A stretch of 64,000 nt of DNA from Nitrosopumilus sp. (GCA_965207445.1 CBDBLX010000002.1:960001-1024000), one strand, 5' to 3'; positions 21,607 to 33,030 are shown, counted from the stretch's first letter. The notes: a model not told the origin generated them from the letters alone. Program-made: numbers and translations.

Positions 21607-21969
21607 ATGAACAAAAGTGCAGAGAAGGTAGACAAAACCACCACGCAGGTAGGCAAAAGTGCAGAGAAGGTAGACAAAACCACCAAACAGCGAAAACCAG
21701 ACACGCGATCATCATACGAATACAATGACAAGTATGTCAAACGTGCATACTATCTGTTTGACATGATGGTAAACCTAATTGAAAACTATAATGAACCGGA
21801 GGAGCTAGCTGCCATGAACCGCAACAAGCGAGGACGTCCATTCGTGTGCACACCCCGACTAATAGCAATTGTATCGCGCGTACGTGACGTGTTACAACTA
21901 CCATACAGATCAGGTGAGGGTATGTGTGAGGCCATCAGCCTCAAAATATTCCGGCGGATTCAATTATAA
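21607..21969 (+). pseudogene. IS5-family (IS903-like, archaeal type) transposase, N-terminal fragment
   Basis: YNDKYVKR...MNRNKRGRPF...LPYRSGEG...IFRRI; no DDE core; 45-bp internal duplication (KSAEKVDKTT x2). Confidence 0.75.
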
Positions 21970-21996
21970 AAACCTCTATCATTTTCTTATGTTTTT

Positions 21997-22548
21997 TTAA
22001 TTGTTGTACCAATGGCGCCAAGATGGACGCAACCACCACATTCGAGGTTTTGCGTTTATTATACGAGAATGTTTGGATTCAAGTGCATTTACTTTCAACT
22101 CCACTTCATTTTGGAAGTCACATAACTTATCGTTCATGAGACTATCCGATCCGATCGATCCTTTAACACCTCCATTGCTTAACTTTGACAATTCAATTTT
22201 ATATGGGTGCGGCCCAAATATTCCATAAAACGTATCACGTTTTATCATTTCATGATATTGTTTATGAATAGATTTTGATAATAAATTACCATATCTGTCA
22301 AAATAATCTTGCAAATATAGAAAATCCCTCTGTGTCATTTGATGTGTGTATTCACTATTTTTGAATCTTTCACCTTGGACTTCATATTTTTGTAACAATT
22401 GAAGCAACAGTTTAGACACATTAAGCTCATTTTGTATATATTTTCCATCTTGCTCTATGATCGTATTACGATGAATATATAATTGAGTAATTACTGTTGA
22501 AATCACTATTGCACCCGCTCCTATGATTGGTGCTAACGATTCAATCAT
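21997..22548 (-). CDS. hypothetical membrane-anchored protein, last gene of type III RM operon
   Basis: N-terminal TM helix; start overlaps mod stop by 8 bp. Confidence 0.7.
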   Translation of the reverse strand: MIESLAPIIGAGAIVISTVITQLYIHRNTIIEQDGKYIQNELNVSKLLLQLLQKYEVQGERFKNSEYTHQMTQRDFLYLQDYFDRYGNLLSKSIHKQYHEMIKRDTFYGIFGPHPYKIELSKLSNGGVKGSIGSDSLMNDKLCDFQNEVELKVNALESKHSRIINAKPRMWWLRPSWRHWYNN

Positions 22549-25084
22549 TATTTTGAACCTCGTGTATTGTGGTCATTACTTCGCCATATTCAGTAATTAT
22601 GCGGACCGCGATACGGCCACTTTTGGGAGTGTCAAACGGTAGGGATTCTAAGGATGTCATAGCATCCCAATGTTCATTGTTAATCTTTGTGGCGAGTTTA
22701 TTTTTGAGATTTTTTATCTGCTTATCGTTATCCTTGTCAGGAAGGTGTATCCTTCTTGCAAAGAATGACTGTCCATCATAGTTTGTATCTAACATCCAAC
22801 AATCTATGTTGTCGGCGCGTCCTGTATTGACCATGCCGGTTTCAGGGTTAAATGTGTCATATCCTATTACCTTTACAACCACTTTGTTCTTTCCGTGCTT
22901 TTTTACGTCAATATCTGGCTCTCCAAGCATTACAAATGACGAATCATCTTTTTTGTGCATTAATTCTTTGAGTGCCAAATCATTGTTTATCTTGATCTTG
23001 TGGATCTGTATCTTGCCTCGTTTTTCTGTCCGTTTGTCATATGCAACTGCTTCAAACTCAAATGCAAGAACAAACAACTTTTCAATACTGGGATATTGTA
23101 CTGTTTCCTCTGCTGCATGATTTATGAGATTCACTCCAGCAGTATTATCGTCTGGCAGTAGTACAACAGCTACTTTTTCTCCAGTCTCTCGAAGTCTGGC
23201 CTCATGTGTCAGTAATGTGCCATTCGACCATGCATTCGCATCCTCAAGATGCCATCGTTTTTTTGTGCCTGGTATTATGATGCCTGCAACGCTGATTGCT
23301 TCTAGTATTGTAGGGAATACATCGCCACTTTGGTTATCATATTCGTGTGTGCTAATGTATTTGTGTGGTGAGGCAGATTCAACAGTAAACGGTGAACTAA
23401 TCCTCTTTGTACCGCGTTTTTTGATAGGTTGATTTACTAGATGTATAACGTCGGGCTTATTGTCATATGCAAGCGTAGCGGCAGAAATATGTGGTACGCG
23501 CTCGTAGACAAACCCACTACTTGGATCGTATTGATGATCATGGCTATCTTGTACTGTAGGGGTGTTTGTTCCTGCAAGCCTTGATTCTTCTAGTCGCCCT
23601 TCGTAACTATCTTTTGTAAGACACCATTCGTTTATTGCCGTTATGATTCTTTGTCTACACAAGGATATTTGTACTGGGTTGATATCGATTGTAATCCAAC
23701 GTCTACCCAATTTTTCAGACACAAATGCTGTCGTACCTGACCCACATGTAGGATCTAATACCAAATCCCCTGGATCTGTTGCCATGAGTATGCATCTTTC
23801 TATAACTGATTCGGCTGTTTCAACTATGAAATGTTTGTCTGATGGTGCCATTTGTGTGTGCCAAACATTATTAATTTTTCTTCCTGGTACTTCATTTTCG
23901 TATTTTTTCCAATGGAGTGTATGTTTGCCGGGAGCGGCAAGTCGATTCAACATACCTAGTTTTTTTAACCCATCATGAGATACACGCCATTGAGTACCTT
24001 TTGGGCATTTATATTGAGTATTTTTCCAAATAAATGGATCAGAGTATCCAGTTGAAGATTCTGATTGTGATGTCAATGGCATTAATCTGAATAAACGTGC
24101 TTTTTGTGGTAATAATTCTGGATTATTTTTTTCATCTTGAGTTAATGTACGTATTTTTTTATCAGGTAGTTCAACCATTGCAGCAAATGACATATGTTCT
24201 ATTTTTTCTTTTTTTGTTAGCGGTGTATATAATTGATGGAATTTTAATTCATTTTTGTTTTTTGCATACCAGAGTATCCATGTAGCTACATCTGGAAGTA
24301 ATTTAGTAGGTGATGAGCCTGTTGTTGCAAATGGAATAGTTACAATTTTGTTCTCAACCCCAAATATCTCGTCTAGTATAATTGCCATACGGTGTACATG
24401 TGCGCTCCCTATCTGCAGAAAAAAACTCCCTGACTCTCTCAATAACATCCTAGAGTATGTGGCAATACGGTATATGCTGTCCATGTAGGAATGTATGCCA
24501 TCTTTGTACGTGTCGCGGAATGCCCTCTTACTCTTACTGTCCTGAGGCGCTCCACCTTTGGTTTTCTTGGTGCTGACTTGGAACATAGTCTCAAAGTTGA
24601 TCCCATACGGTGGATCAAAATATATCATCTGCACCTCACCCTTCATCCCTTCTCTGTGCAGAAAGGATGCCATGACTTTGGATGTGTCACCATGTATAAT
24701 CCTGTTGGACCAGTTTCCTCTGTGCTTGTACCAATTGTATTTTGCGTCTTCTGGATAACCGTTGAACGAGAAGAGATGAGTTTGTTCTCCGGGCGTCTGG
24801 TCTATGAGATGATTGATGAACCATGAAGGATCTACCTTTTCTTGTATGTACAATGGATGTGCTTCACGTGCCACATATTTTTTGTCCGTGTTACGTCGCC
24901 ATGACAGGCGGGGCATGCCTTCGTCCGATCTTATGTTTGGATAGAATACAGCAGATTCGCGCTCTTCGTCTGCCATGTACTGGTCGTCTGATTCGGTGGG
25001 TATCTTTGTCCGTCTGGATTTTGTATGATGGTAACTGCGGGGGGGGGGGGCGGTTTCTTTTTTGGTGGTGGTCATATCATACAC
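22541..25084 (-). CDS. type III-like RM adenine DNA methyltransferase (Mod)
   Basis: VQMIYFDPPYG (motif IV), DPGDLVLDPTCGSGTT (motif I), beta-class order; IDCWMLDTNYD C-terminus. Confidence 0.92.
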   Translation of the reverse strand: MYDMTTTKKETAPPPRSYHHTKSRRTKIPTESDDQYMADEERESAVFYPNIRSDEGMPRLSWRRNTDKKYVAREAHPLYIQEKVDPSWFINHLIDQTPGEQTHLFSFNGYPEDAKYNWYKHRGNWSNRIIHGDTSKVMASFLHREGMKGEVQMIYFDPPYGINFETMFQVSTKKTKGGAPQDSKSKRAFRDTYKDGIHSYMDSIYRIATYSRMLLRESGSFFLQIGSAHVHRMAIILDEIFGVENKIVTIPFATTGSSPTKLLPDVATWILWYAKNKNELKFHQLYTPLTKKEKIEHMSFAAMVELPDKKIRTLTQDEKNNPELLPQKARLFRLMPLTSQSESSTGYSDPFIWKNTQYKCPKGTQWRVSHDGLKKLGMLNRLAAPGKHTLHWKKYENEVPGRKINNVWHTQMAPSDKHFIVETAESVIERCILMATDPGDLVLDPTCGSGTTAFVSEKLGRRWITIDINPVQISLCRQRIITAINEWCLTKDSYEGRLEESRLAGTNTPTVQDSHDHQYDPSSGFVYERVPHISAATLAYDNKPDVIHLVNQPIKKRGTKRISSPFTVESASPHKYISTHEYDNQSGDVFPTILEAISVAGIIIPGTKKRWHLEDANAWSNGTLLTHEARLRETGEKVAVVLLPDDNTAGVNLINHAAEETVQYPSIEKLFVLAFEFEAVAYDKRTEKRGKIQIHKIKINNDLALKELMHKKDDSSFVMLGEPDIDVKKHGKNKVVVKVIGYDTFNPETGMVNTGRADNIDCWMLDTNYDGQSFFARRIHLPDKDNDKQIKNLKNKLATKINNEHWDAMTSLESLPFDTPKSGRIAVRIITEYGEVMTTIHEVQNND
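25039..25050. repeat. G12 (C12 on coding strand) homopolymer in 5' end of mod
   Basis: ...ctgc gggggggggggg cgg...; encodes APPPR in frame. Confidence 0.95.
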
Positions 25085-28008
25085 GCCTCACTTATCTGTC
25101 TCTTTGCAGATTTAACATTCTCAATCCAGACACTTCTCCATTCACCATACTCGCCGTCATTATGTGCAGACACTGAAGGGCACCACCAGTTCTCCATGTA
25201 ATACCTTTTCGCCTGTTCCTCTGCCTCTTTCTTTTTCATTCCTTTGAACTCAATAACAAGGTGTACAGGCTTGTCATTTTTCTTCGTCTTTACACGCGCA
25301 ACAAAGTCCGGTTCTGTATCTCTCCACGTATTCTGTGATTTATCAAACCAGTGTATCTTAAAATCCAGTCTAAAGTTTCGTGTCCATGCTTCGACGCTGG
25401 GGTGGGTATCAAGTATCTTGGCAATTGATGCTTCCTCGCTGGAATGGCATGCGGCTCTGTTCAGCTCGGACTTTTTCAAGAATGTATTCTGGGTATTCAC
25501 TGCATCCATATCATCATACAGCGTGGAATTCTCACTGTTACCTATTTTCTTGTATGTGTGCTGCAATGTAGTCCTGAACCTGACTCCCTCTGTTGTCAAC
25601 AACCTGTCTCCAGATTGGTACTTGTCTGCAAATATGGGTCGGATGTTCACGACTTCATCATTATGGTCGCACGCCTCTGCAATCCTTTGCGGCACGTGCG
25701 GATCTGCCATGACTCCGGCGTGGTCATTGCATGTTATATTTGGATGATCAAGCCATTGTTTGACAATCCTACAAGAGTCGACAAATGAAATGTTTCTGCC
25801 TGTCATGATGTGCTGTCCGACATCGTGATCACGATCAGAATCATGATTTAGTAGTTCTGCTACTTGACGTGCTGTATTCCATATTGAAGTCTGTACTCGG
25901 CGCTCCCGTACTACTGTCATGCCGCTGCCAGCTGGGCCTTGGACTTCCGTTACTGTGGGTTCTGACTTTATTACATACGTCATGACTTTGTCTGGATTAA
26001 GCACAAAGCGTCGCCGCTTTCTCGGGTTTTGATACCCGATTACATTTGGAAATGATATGCGGAATTTTTCATTACCTGTCACTGAAAACACCATGTATGG
26101 TTGCGCGGGTGGTTGCAGCTTGACATCTCCTCCACGTGCAAATGTATATGGTACTCCGAACACGTTGGCGTACTCGGGCTTTTGTTTAGCAAATCCTACA
26201 AATGAAGTCCGTCTCAGGGCCCTGCCAGTAACCTGTTCACACAGCAATTGACTGCCAAATCTCCTGTATCCAAACACGTGGGTTACATTCTTGGCGTCCC
26301 ACCCTTCAGTCAGCATACCTACGGATATCACGCACCGTATGTGTCTGGCAGCCCCGCTTTGCCCTACTGATGTAAAGAGGCTTCGTATCTGTTCTTGTTT
26401 TTTGTCAAGTGATCCATCAAGTCCAAACAACGTGGCTTGTTCATCTACAATCTTCTTCTCAGAACCTGAAGTGGGGGCCTTTTCAAACAAGCGAGAGTGG
26501 ACAAGAAGAGTAGGAGGGAGATTCAGAGGATTACCGTCTTGGTCATAGTTTGAGAACATACTCAGGTGCCCGCGAGCTCCACGTTTGCCATCTGAATGGC
26601 GGCTTCCTGCGATCCATCTGTAGATGGCAGTTGCATTTTTAATGTTGTTTGCAACTATGATAAAGATCGGAATTATGCCGATCTCATCGTATGCAGGATT
26701 TACTTTATCATGATAGTGCTTGTACAACTGCTCAAGCGGCTCTTGCACCTGTACGGACAGGTTGGGGCCGAGCGGCTTGCCAGAATTATATTCATATATG
26801 TTTCTGTATTTTGGGTGATAACTGTCTACATCATCTTTGACCGGAACCCTGGGTATCTTCACAAGTCCCGACTCTATCGCGTCAAGCAGGGAAAAGTCCG
26901 AGACGGTCCATGGAAATACTACGGATTCCACATTTTTTGGCTTTGAAATCCACATCGGAGTGGCAGAAAAGTCATGGACATGCACCAGCCTGTCCTGCCC
27001 CTTTAGCAGCTTCAGAGCGTTGAACCAAAGAGCGGCTGCTTTCTGATATTCTGCATATTCTACATCATACTGTCTTTCCTCCTGCGGTTTGTAGCAGTGA
27101 TGTGCCTCGTCGTTAATTACGACGACCTTTGATTTTGGGTCGTGTTCGCGCAGGACACGGTTTATCATATCCGTCTCACTCTCCTTGGAGTTCTCGACAT
27201 TTGCTCTACCAAGCATCCTCTTTTCTCTTGTGCCCAGCGACTTGCCGTCCATGGTTGCAGTTCGTCTCTGAAAGACATGAAAATTCACGACCGTAACCTG
27301 GGCCCTACCAAGCACGCGGTGAAATTCCCTTGGTGTTATCGCATCCCATAACTCTGTTCCCTTTTTTGGATCCAGCACCTCAAGTCTCTTTCTGACTGTC
27401 AGGTTGGGGGCTATGACAAGAAAGTTTGTTATGCCGCTGTCATCACGGTGGATGTCATTTACAAGCATCCATAGCATTGTCATGGCCATCACATTGGTCT
27501 TGCCGGTTCCGGTCGCCATCTTAAATGCGGTTCTATATACGCCGTCATTATACGCGTCGTTGATTGACTTGAGGTTACGCGTCACTCTCTTGTGAAATGC
27601 CGGATCGTGCACCTGCCCTGCCTCAAAGAGCCAGATCATGGTTTCTACTGCTTCCATCTGGCACCAAAACGGGCGCATCCCGGCGCCCGGATCGCTTCTA
27701 TTCCAAAACTCTAAGAGTCTTCTGGTTCTGTATGTTGTTCCTTTCCAACCATTTTGTCTCCAGTGTACTAGAGCATCACGGAGTCCATTGATTGTCATGT
27801 GGGGTTCTATGCTAGTTGAATCCACTATTGTTTTATTGCCATCTTCATCAGGCATGCCTGATGATGCTTCACTTGGTCTGCGACCACTACATACCTCATT
27901 GGTAGATCGTCCCCTTGGATCTGTTACATAATATGTGGCAGGTTCCTCATATGGTTTATGTAGTATGGGAGATTCATTGAACATGCGCTTGGTATCACTT
28001 CCTTGCAT
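25072..28008 (-). CDS. type III-like restriction endonuclease/helicase subunit (Res, BPTD_3080-like)
   Basis: MATGTGKT Walker A, INDEAHH, SVGMLTEGWDA, EQVTGRALRR, C-terminal PDF...IEFKG nuclease motif. Confidence 0.92.
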   Translation of the reverse strand: MQGSDTKRMFNESPILHKPYEEPATYYVTDPRGRSTNEVCSGRRPSEASSGMPDEDGNKTIVDSTSIEPHMTINGLRDALVHWRQNGWKGTTYRTRRLLEFWNRSDPGAGMRPFWCQMEAVETMIWLFEAGQVHDPAFHKRVTRNLKSINDAYNDGVYRTAFKMATGTGKTNVMAMTMLWMLVNDIHRDDSGITNFLVIAPNLTVRKRLEVLDPKKGTELWDAITPREFHRVLGRAQVTVVNFHVFQRRTATMDGKSLGTREKRMLGRANVENSKESETDMINRVLREHDPKSKVVVINDEAHHCYKPQEERQYDVEYAEYQKAAALWFNALKLLKGQDRLVHVHDFSATPMWISKPKNVESVVFPWTVSDFSLLDAIESGLVKIPRVPVKDDVDSYHPKYRNIYEYNSGKPLGPNLSVQVQEPLEQLYKHYHDKVNPAYDEIGIIPIFIIVANNIKNATAIYRWIAGSRHSDGKRGARGHLSMFSNYDQDGNPLNLPPTLLVHSRLFEKAPTSGSEKKIVDEQATLFGLDGSLDKKQEQIRSLFTSVGQSGAARHIRCVISVGMLTEGWDAKNVTHVFGYRRFGSQLLCEQVTGRALRRTSFVGFAKQKPEYANVFGVPYTFARGGDVKLQPPAQPYMVFSVTGNEKFRISFPNVIGYQNPRKRRRFVLNPDKVMTYVIKSEPTVTEVQGPAGSGMTVVRERRVQTSIWNTARQVAELLNHDSDRDHDVGQHIMTGRNISFVDSCRIVKQWLDHPNITCNDHAGVMADPHVPQRIAEACDHNDEVVNIRPIFADKYQSGDRLLTTEGVRFRTTLQHTYKKIGNSENSTLYDDMDAVNTQNTFLKKSELNRAACHSSEEASIAKILDTHPSVEAWTRNFRLDFKIHWFDKSQNTWRDTEPDFVARVKTKKNDKPVHLVIEFKGMKKKEAEEQAKRYYMENWWCPSVSAHNDGEYGEWRSVWIENVKSAKRQISEACMI

Positions 28009-28222
28009 GTTGTTTGCGCTCTTTGGTTGGTAAAAACTTCAAGAGCTCTTCAAGAGACTCATCATAGTGTTTGATCCACTCTTTGGTGTACTCTACTGCT
28101 TTTCTTACATTCTCTATCCTGGCCTTTGACGGATCGTCCTTGGGTGCAATGTACAGAGACTTTGCCCCCGCCTGAAAGTAGAGGTACTTGGCTCCCCTTG
28201 ATCTCTTGGTTATCAGAGTCAT
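27995..28222 (-). CDS. small basic leader protein of type III operon (paralog of 44659-44901)
   Basis: 47/75 ungapped identity to 44659-44901; overlaps res start by 14 bp; TTAAAA box ~27-32 bp upstream. Confidence 0.85.
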   Translation of the reverse strand: MTLITKRSRGAKYLYFQAGAKSLYIAPKDDPSKARIENVRKAVEYTKEWIKHYDESLEELLKFLPTKERKQHARK

Positions 28223-28270
28223 GATGCTGGCTTATTATATGGTACTACTTTTAAGTGCTGTGTTTGCTGG

Positions 28271-29942
28271 GAGGTTGGTGCGTAATTGACATTAGGCCTG
28301 CCTGTGACCCTTCTGTGAGCTTGGTTTATTGCACATTCAATCTACAAAAGACTGAAATCTATCTATAGTGCGTTTCGTTTTTGAATATACGTGTGTGTTT
28401 TAGCAGACAGATTATAGAACATGAAACGTGCAAGTGTAATAGCAGTCACTATCATTCGTATGATGGAATTTTTTGCCCTTTTTCATGAGCGCAGATAAAT
28501 CTGTTTAGGACGTTGATATTCCATGCAATTGATAATATTTTACCAAACCGCTTTTGGTTTTTGGCCAGGCGCATACGACAGTGTAGCCTGTGATTCTTTG
28601 TCTCTTCTGCTCCAAATATTGCCTCGATAAGTGCGCGTTGTTTGTATGCATCTTGGTCAAAGATCTCTGCTGCTTTTTTTCTGCTTGGTTTGCCACGGTT
28701 TGTATGACCTGCGCCATCTGTGTGATTGCGCTGCTTTATGTTCGGTTTCATGTTTGCATTGAATATTGTCTCGCAATTTTGATCCGAGTCGTATCCCTTG
28801 TCTCCGTTGAATAAGCGTTCTTCAATCTGTGTATAGTTTTTTACGAGAAAGCTGACCATATATGGAAGCATTGACGTGTCACTCACATTGCTTGGAGTTG
28901 TGTATGATGCAAGTATGATCTGATGTCCTGTTATCGCAGTAATGTGATATTTTAGGTACGTCTTGATGCGTGTCGGCTCAAAATCTTGTAGTACATGATT
29001 AGGTCTTTCTTGTTTTTCGTACCTGTCAGTCTCTACCCCACTACTGTCTATCCCAATTGGAGCTGTAGGTTCTTGTTTTACGTCTTGTTTACCGCTCTCA
29101 AAATCCTCGGATCCGTGCGTAAGTATGGTCTCTTTACCTTTTATCGGTACCGGATCTGTCCCCGATTTTTTAAGTTCAGTTAGACACATGTTGGCAGTAT
29201 GTGCCAAAATAGAATCAAGCCAGTCGAGATCAATTGTTTGCATATGTTTTGTTACCCAACTATAATCAGGCTTCGGCTCGTCAACCCATTCATCATGCAT
29301 ATGTACAAGATCATTTATCACGTCACGAAAAGGAATATTTTTTGCAACTTTTAAAAGACACAAAAAATCCATCTTGTCACGCGAGTGTACAGGCTTGCAT
29401 CCTCTATTTGTCTTCTTTTCCTTGCACGGATGTGGATTTTTCCGTATCGCCGACAGCAAGGTCTTGCGCATAAAATCCGGCTCAGATTTGCGTGCCTGTT
29501 CGTAATACAGCCAATAACCTTCGCGTCGCTTGTGTTGCTCTGTCACTGTACGGTCTGCCTCCTTGATTTGTTCTTATTTGAAACCCACACACTAAATTTA
29601 CACAAACAACAAGCAGACGTCACATTCATCACAAACAATGCATTGTAATGGACATCATTCTGTGTAGCATAGTATGTTGTGGCAACCCACCATACGTCGT
29701 CGTCCCACCACACTTCACAAACGATACGTTGATAACATTGGCTAGTCAACGTTGTTTAGCATCCCCTTTGGTGACATTACAATTATTCATTTGGGATGCC
29801 CCTATAAGTAACTTTTGGTATGCGCGCATATACTTTTATATATGAGCTTATTAAATATATGTACATAAAACTCTGGCGATATTTGCAGATGGCTTTGCAA
29901 GTACGATGCAAGTGGCGATTTGATGAATTACGCACCAACCAC
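28271..29942 (-). mobile_element. IS5-like element copy A
   Basis: 17-bp TIRs GAGGTTGGTGCGTAATT / AATTACGCACCAACCAC; 9-bp TSD GTTTGCTGG. Confidence 0.92.
28452..29546 (-). CDS. DDE transposase (IS5-like), copy A
   Basis: PDYSW, IDSSG, YLKYH, GDKGYDS, YKQRALIEAIF motifs. Confidence 0.9.
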   Translation of the reverse strand: MTEQHKRREGYWLYYEQARKSEPDFMRKTLLSAIRKNPHPCKEKKTNRGCKPVHSRDKMDFLCLLKVAKNIPFRDVINDLVHMHDEWVDEPKPDYSWVTKHMQTIDLDWLDSILAHTANMCLTELKKSGTDPVPIKGKETILTHGSEDFESGKQDVKQEPTAPIGIDSSGVETDRYEKQERPNHVLQDFEPTRIKTYLKYHITAITGHQIILASYTTPSNVSDTSMLPYMVSFLVKNYTQIEERLFNGDKGYDSDQNCETIFNANMKPNIKQRNHTDGAGHTNRGKPSRKKAAEIFDQDAYKQRALIEAIFGAEETKNHRLHCRMRLAKNQKRFGKILSIAWNINVLNRFICAHEKGQKIPSYE

Positions 29943-29951
29943 GTTTGCTGG

Positions 29952-31367
29952 GAGGTTGGTGCGTAATTGACATTAACCTGCCTGTGACCCTTCTATGAAT
30001 TTACTCGGTTTATTGCACATTCAATCTGCAGAAGACTGAAATCTATCTATAGTGCGTTTTGTTTTTGAATATACATGTGTGTTGTTTTGACAGACATAGA
30101 TTATAGAACATGAAACGTGCAAGTGTGATAGCAGTCACTATCATTGATATGATGGAATCTTTTGCCCTTTTTCATGAGCGCAGATAAATCTGTTTAGGAC
30201 GTTGATATTCCATGCAATCGATAGTATTTTGCCAAACCGTTTTCTGTTTTTGGCCAGACGCATACGACAGTGTAGCCTATGATTCTTTGTCTCTTCTACT
30301 GCTCCAAATATTGCCTCGATAAGTGCGCGTTGTTTGTATGCATCTTTGTCAAAGATCTCCTCTGCCTTTTTTCTGCTTGGTGGTTTACCACGGTTTGTAT
30401 GACCTGCGCCATCTGTGTGATTGCGCTGCTTTATGTTCAGTTTCATGTTTGCATTGAATATTGTCTCACAGTTTTGATCCGAATGTATCTCTTGTCTCCG
30501 TTGAATAAGCACTCTTCAATCTGTGTATAGTTTTTTACGAGAAAGTTGACCATATATGGAAGCATTGATGTGTCACTCACATTGCTTGGAGTTGTGTATT
30601 ATGCAAGTATGATCTGGTGTCCGTTTATCGAGTAATATGATATTTTAGGTACATCTTGACGCGTGTCGGTTAAGTCTTGTAGTAAATGATTAGGTCTTTG
30701 TTGTTTTTCGTACATGTCAGTCTCTATACCCCACTACTGTCTATCCAAATCGGAACTGTAGGTTCTTTTTTTACGTCCTGTTTACTGCCCTTAAAATCCT
30801 CGGATCTGTGCGTAAGTATGGGCTCTTTACCTTTTATCGGTGTCGGATCTGTCCCAGATTTTCCAAGTTCATTTAGACACATATTGACAGTATATGCCAA
30901 AATAGAATCAAGCCAGTCGAGATCAATTGTTTGCATATGTTCGGTTACCCAAATAATCAGGCTCCAGCTCGTCAACCCATTCATCATGCATATGTCCAAG
31001 ATCATTTACCACGTCACGAAAAGGAATATTTTTTGCAACTTTTAGAAGACACAAAAAATCCATCTTGTCACGCGAGTGTACAGGTTTGCATCCGCCTCTA
31101 TTTGTCTTCTTTTCCTTGCGCGGATGTGGGTTTTTTCGTATCGTCGACAGCAAGGTCTTGCGCATAAAATCCTGCTCAGATTTGTGTGCCTGTTTGTAAT
31201 ACAGCCAGTAACCTTTGCGTCGCTTGTGTTGCTCTGTCATTGTACGGTCTGCCTCCTTGTTCTGTTCTTATTTGAAACCCATACACTAAATTTACACAAA
31301 CAACAAGCAGGCGCCACGATCATCACAAACCATGCATTGTAATGGGCGTCATTCTCGGTGTAGCATA
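29952..31367 (-). pseudogene. degenerate IS5-like element copy B, frameshifted transposase, one end replaced at the IS630 insertion
   Basis: Starts with the same TIR; fragments 30141-30512, 30724-31005, 30923-31240 align to copy A. Confidence 0.88.
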
Positions 31368-33028
31368 GTGATTTCATTAAAGATCCGATGGTTTTTACAA
31401 GCGATTTCGGCTAGGCAGGCGGGTACGGAGTGAAAAAATAGACGTAATTGGCACTATGTGTAGCAGATACCGTGTGGTGGCCAGAAGAGCGACGAGGAAT
31501 TGGTGTGTATATCCAGTGGCAGGTATTGGGTAATTTTTGATCATTTGGTTGAATTAATTTGACCTCGAGTGTCAAAAGGCGATGTGGCCATTAGTGTTTA
31601 ATGAATCACAACAAAATGGTACATCGACTAGTACTCGCTGATGCCATATTTAACGACTCTGCAGGCAGATCGTCTTGCGGCATCGACGAGGTGCGTATTT
31701 TTTGAAGACAGCCTATGTAGAAAGAGGGGACGGGTTCATGCCCGACGTGTCCCTGGAAGATCTAAAAGCCGCCTACCGCAAAGAGCCTCCGGGCAAGTCC
31801 CGGGATAGACTGCAGGCAGCAGTTGGGTGAAAAAAGGGCAAGAGTGAGTCTGCAATAGCCGCCCAGCTCGGACGCAGCCAGAGCGTCATATCCGAGTGGC
31901 TCAACAGGCTACAATCAGAGGGCCTGGAGGGCAGGTATGACCGCAAGAGCCCCGGCAGGCCGTGCAGACTCACAAAAGAACAACAAGAACAGGCAAAGGC
32001 CGATCTGAGCAAGGAACCGATGCAGTGCGGCTTTGAGCGTGCATGGACTGCCGCCTTGTTTGCATTGCATCTGGTAAACATTTTTGACGTCCAGTACACG
32101 TGGACCGGAGCCCTGGCGCTAGCTCACAGATGGGCTTTTCAATAAGAATGCCCAAGGCCAATCCACCACAAGTCTGCCAGTCCATTAGAAGAACTGCATT
32201 ATGTACACGACACAATACGCGCCATCATGGCGCACGCCCGCGCCGGCTATGAGATGTTCTGCATGGATGCCGCTGCAATCACAAACTCGCCGTATGTCGC
32301 GCGCGGACTACATCTCCGAGGAGGCTCTGAGACTGTAAAGGTCAACTTTTCAAAAATGAGCATGAAAATGCTGGGTGCACTCGGGGCCGACACGTGCCAC
32401 CTGCACTTTTGCGACAGTGCGAATACTGTAAACGTCATAAAACTGTTGGAGATGCTCCGAGAAAAGTACGGCAAGGTATTTGTCATATGTGACAATGCAT
32501 CTGCGCACAAGTCCAAAGACATCAAGCAGTATCTGGAACAGACAAGAGGACAAGTTGCACTATGGTACTTGCCGCCATACACGCCTCAGCACAATCCCAT
32601 AGAGATCCAATGGCGCGAGATAAAGCGCGCACTAGCAGGCAGATACTACAAAGGTGGTTTTCCAGAGATTCAAAAGTCCATACTACACATGATGGAAAAA
32701 GGCGAGGTGGGTACAGTCAGGCTGCTAGAGTACATGCGCAATGCCATACAGGACGCAAAGAACAACGCGCCAATACCAGAACTCCGGGCTGCATGAACTA
32801 CATATTACGCGAACTAGGAGGTCCGGGTGAGGCTGTGCGACGCACAGATCGCACTATGATCAGGACGGTTGCGCACATACCCTTTGCCACGCCTGAATAC
32901 ACGGCTGGCATGGCCATGTCCATGGAAAAATCATGGATCCGGTGTGAATTACCTCACAGGTCCTGCTTGATTTCCTAATATATGATTACAAGAATGTCTA
33001 AAAACTATCGGAACTTTAATGAAACCAC
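31368..33028 (+). mobile_element. IS630-family element
   Basis: TIRs GTGATTTCATTAAAGATCCGATGGTTTTTA / TAAAAACTATCGGAACTTTAATGAAACCAC, flanked by TA on both sides. Confidence 0.85.
31738..32796 (+). pseudogene. IS630 transposase; HTH region with in-frame stop and frameshift, DDE region 32227-32796 open
   Basis: IAAQLGRSQSVISEW HTH, SPGRPCRL; DNASAHKS, YLPPYTPQHNPIEIQW. Confidence 0.85.
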
Positions 33029-33030
33029 TA

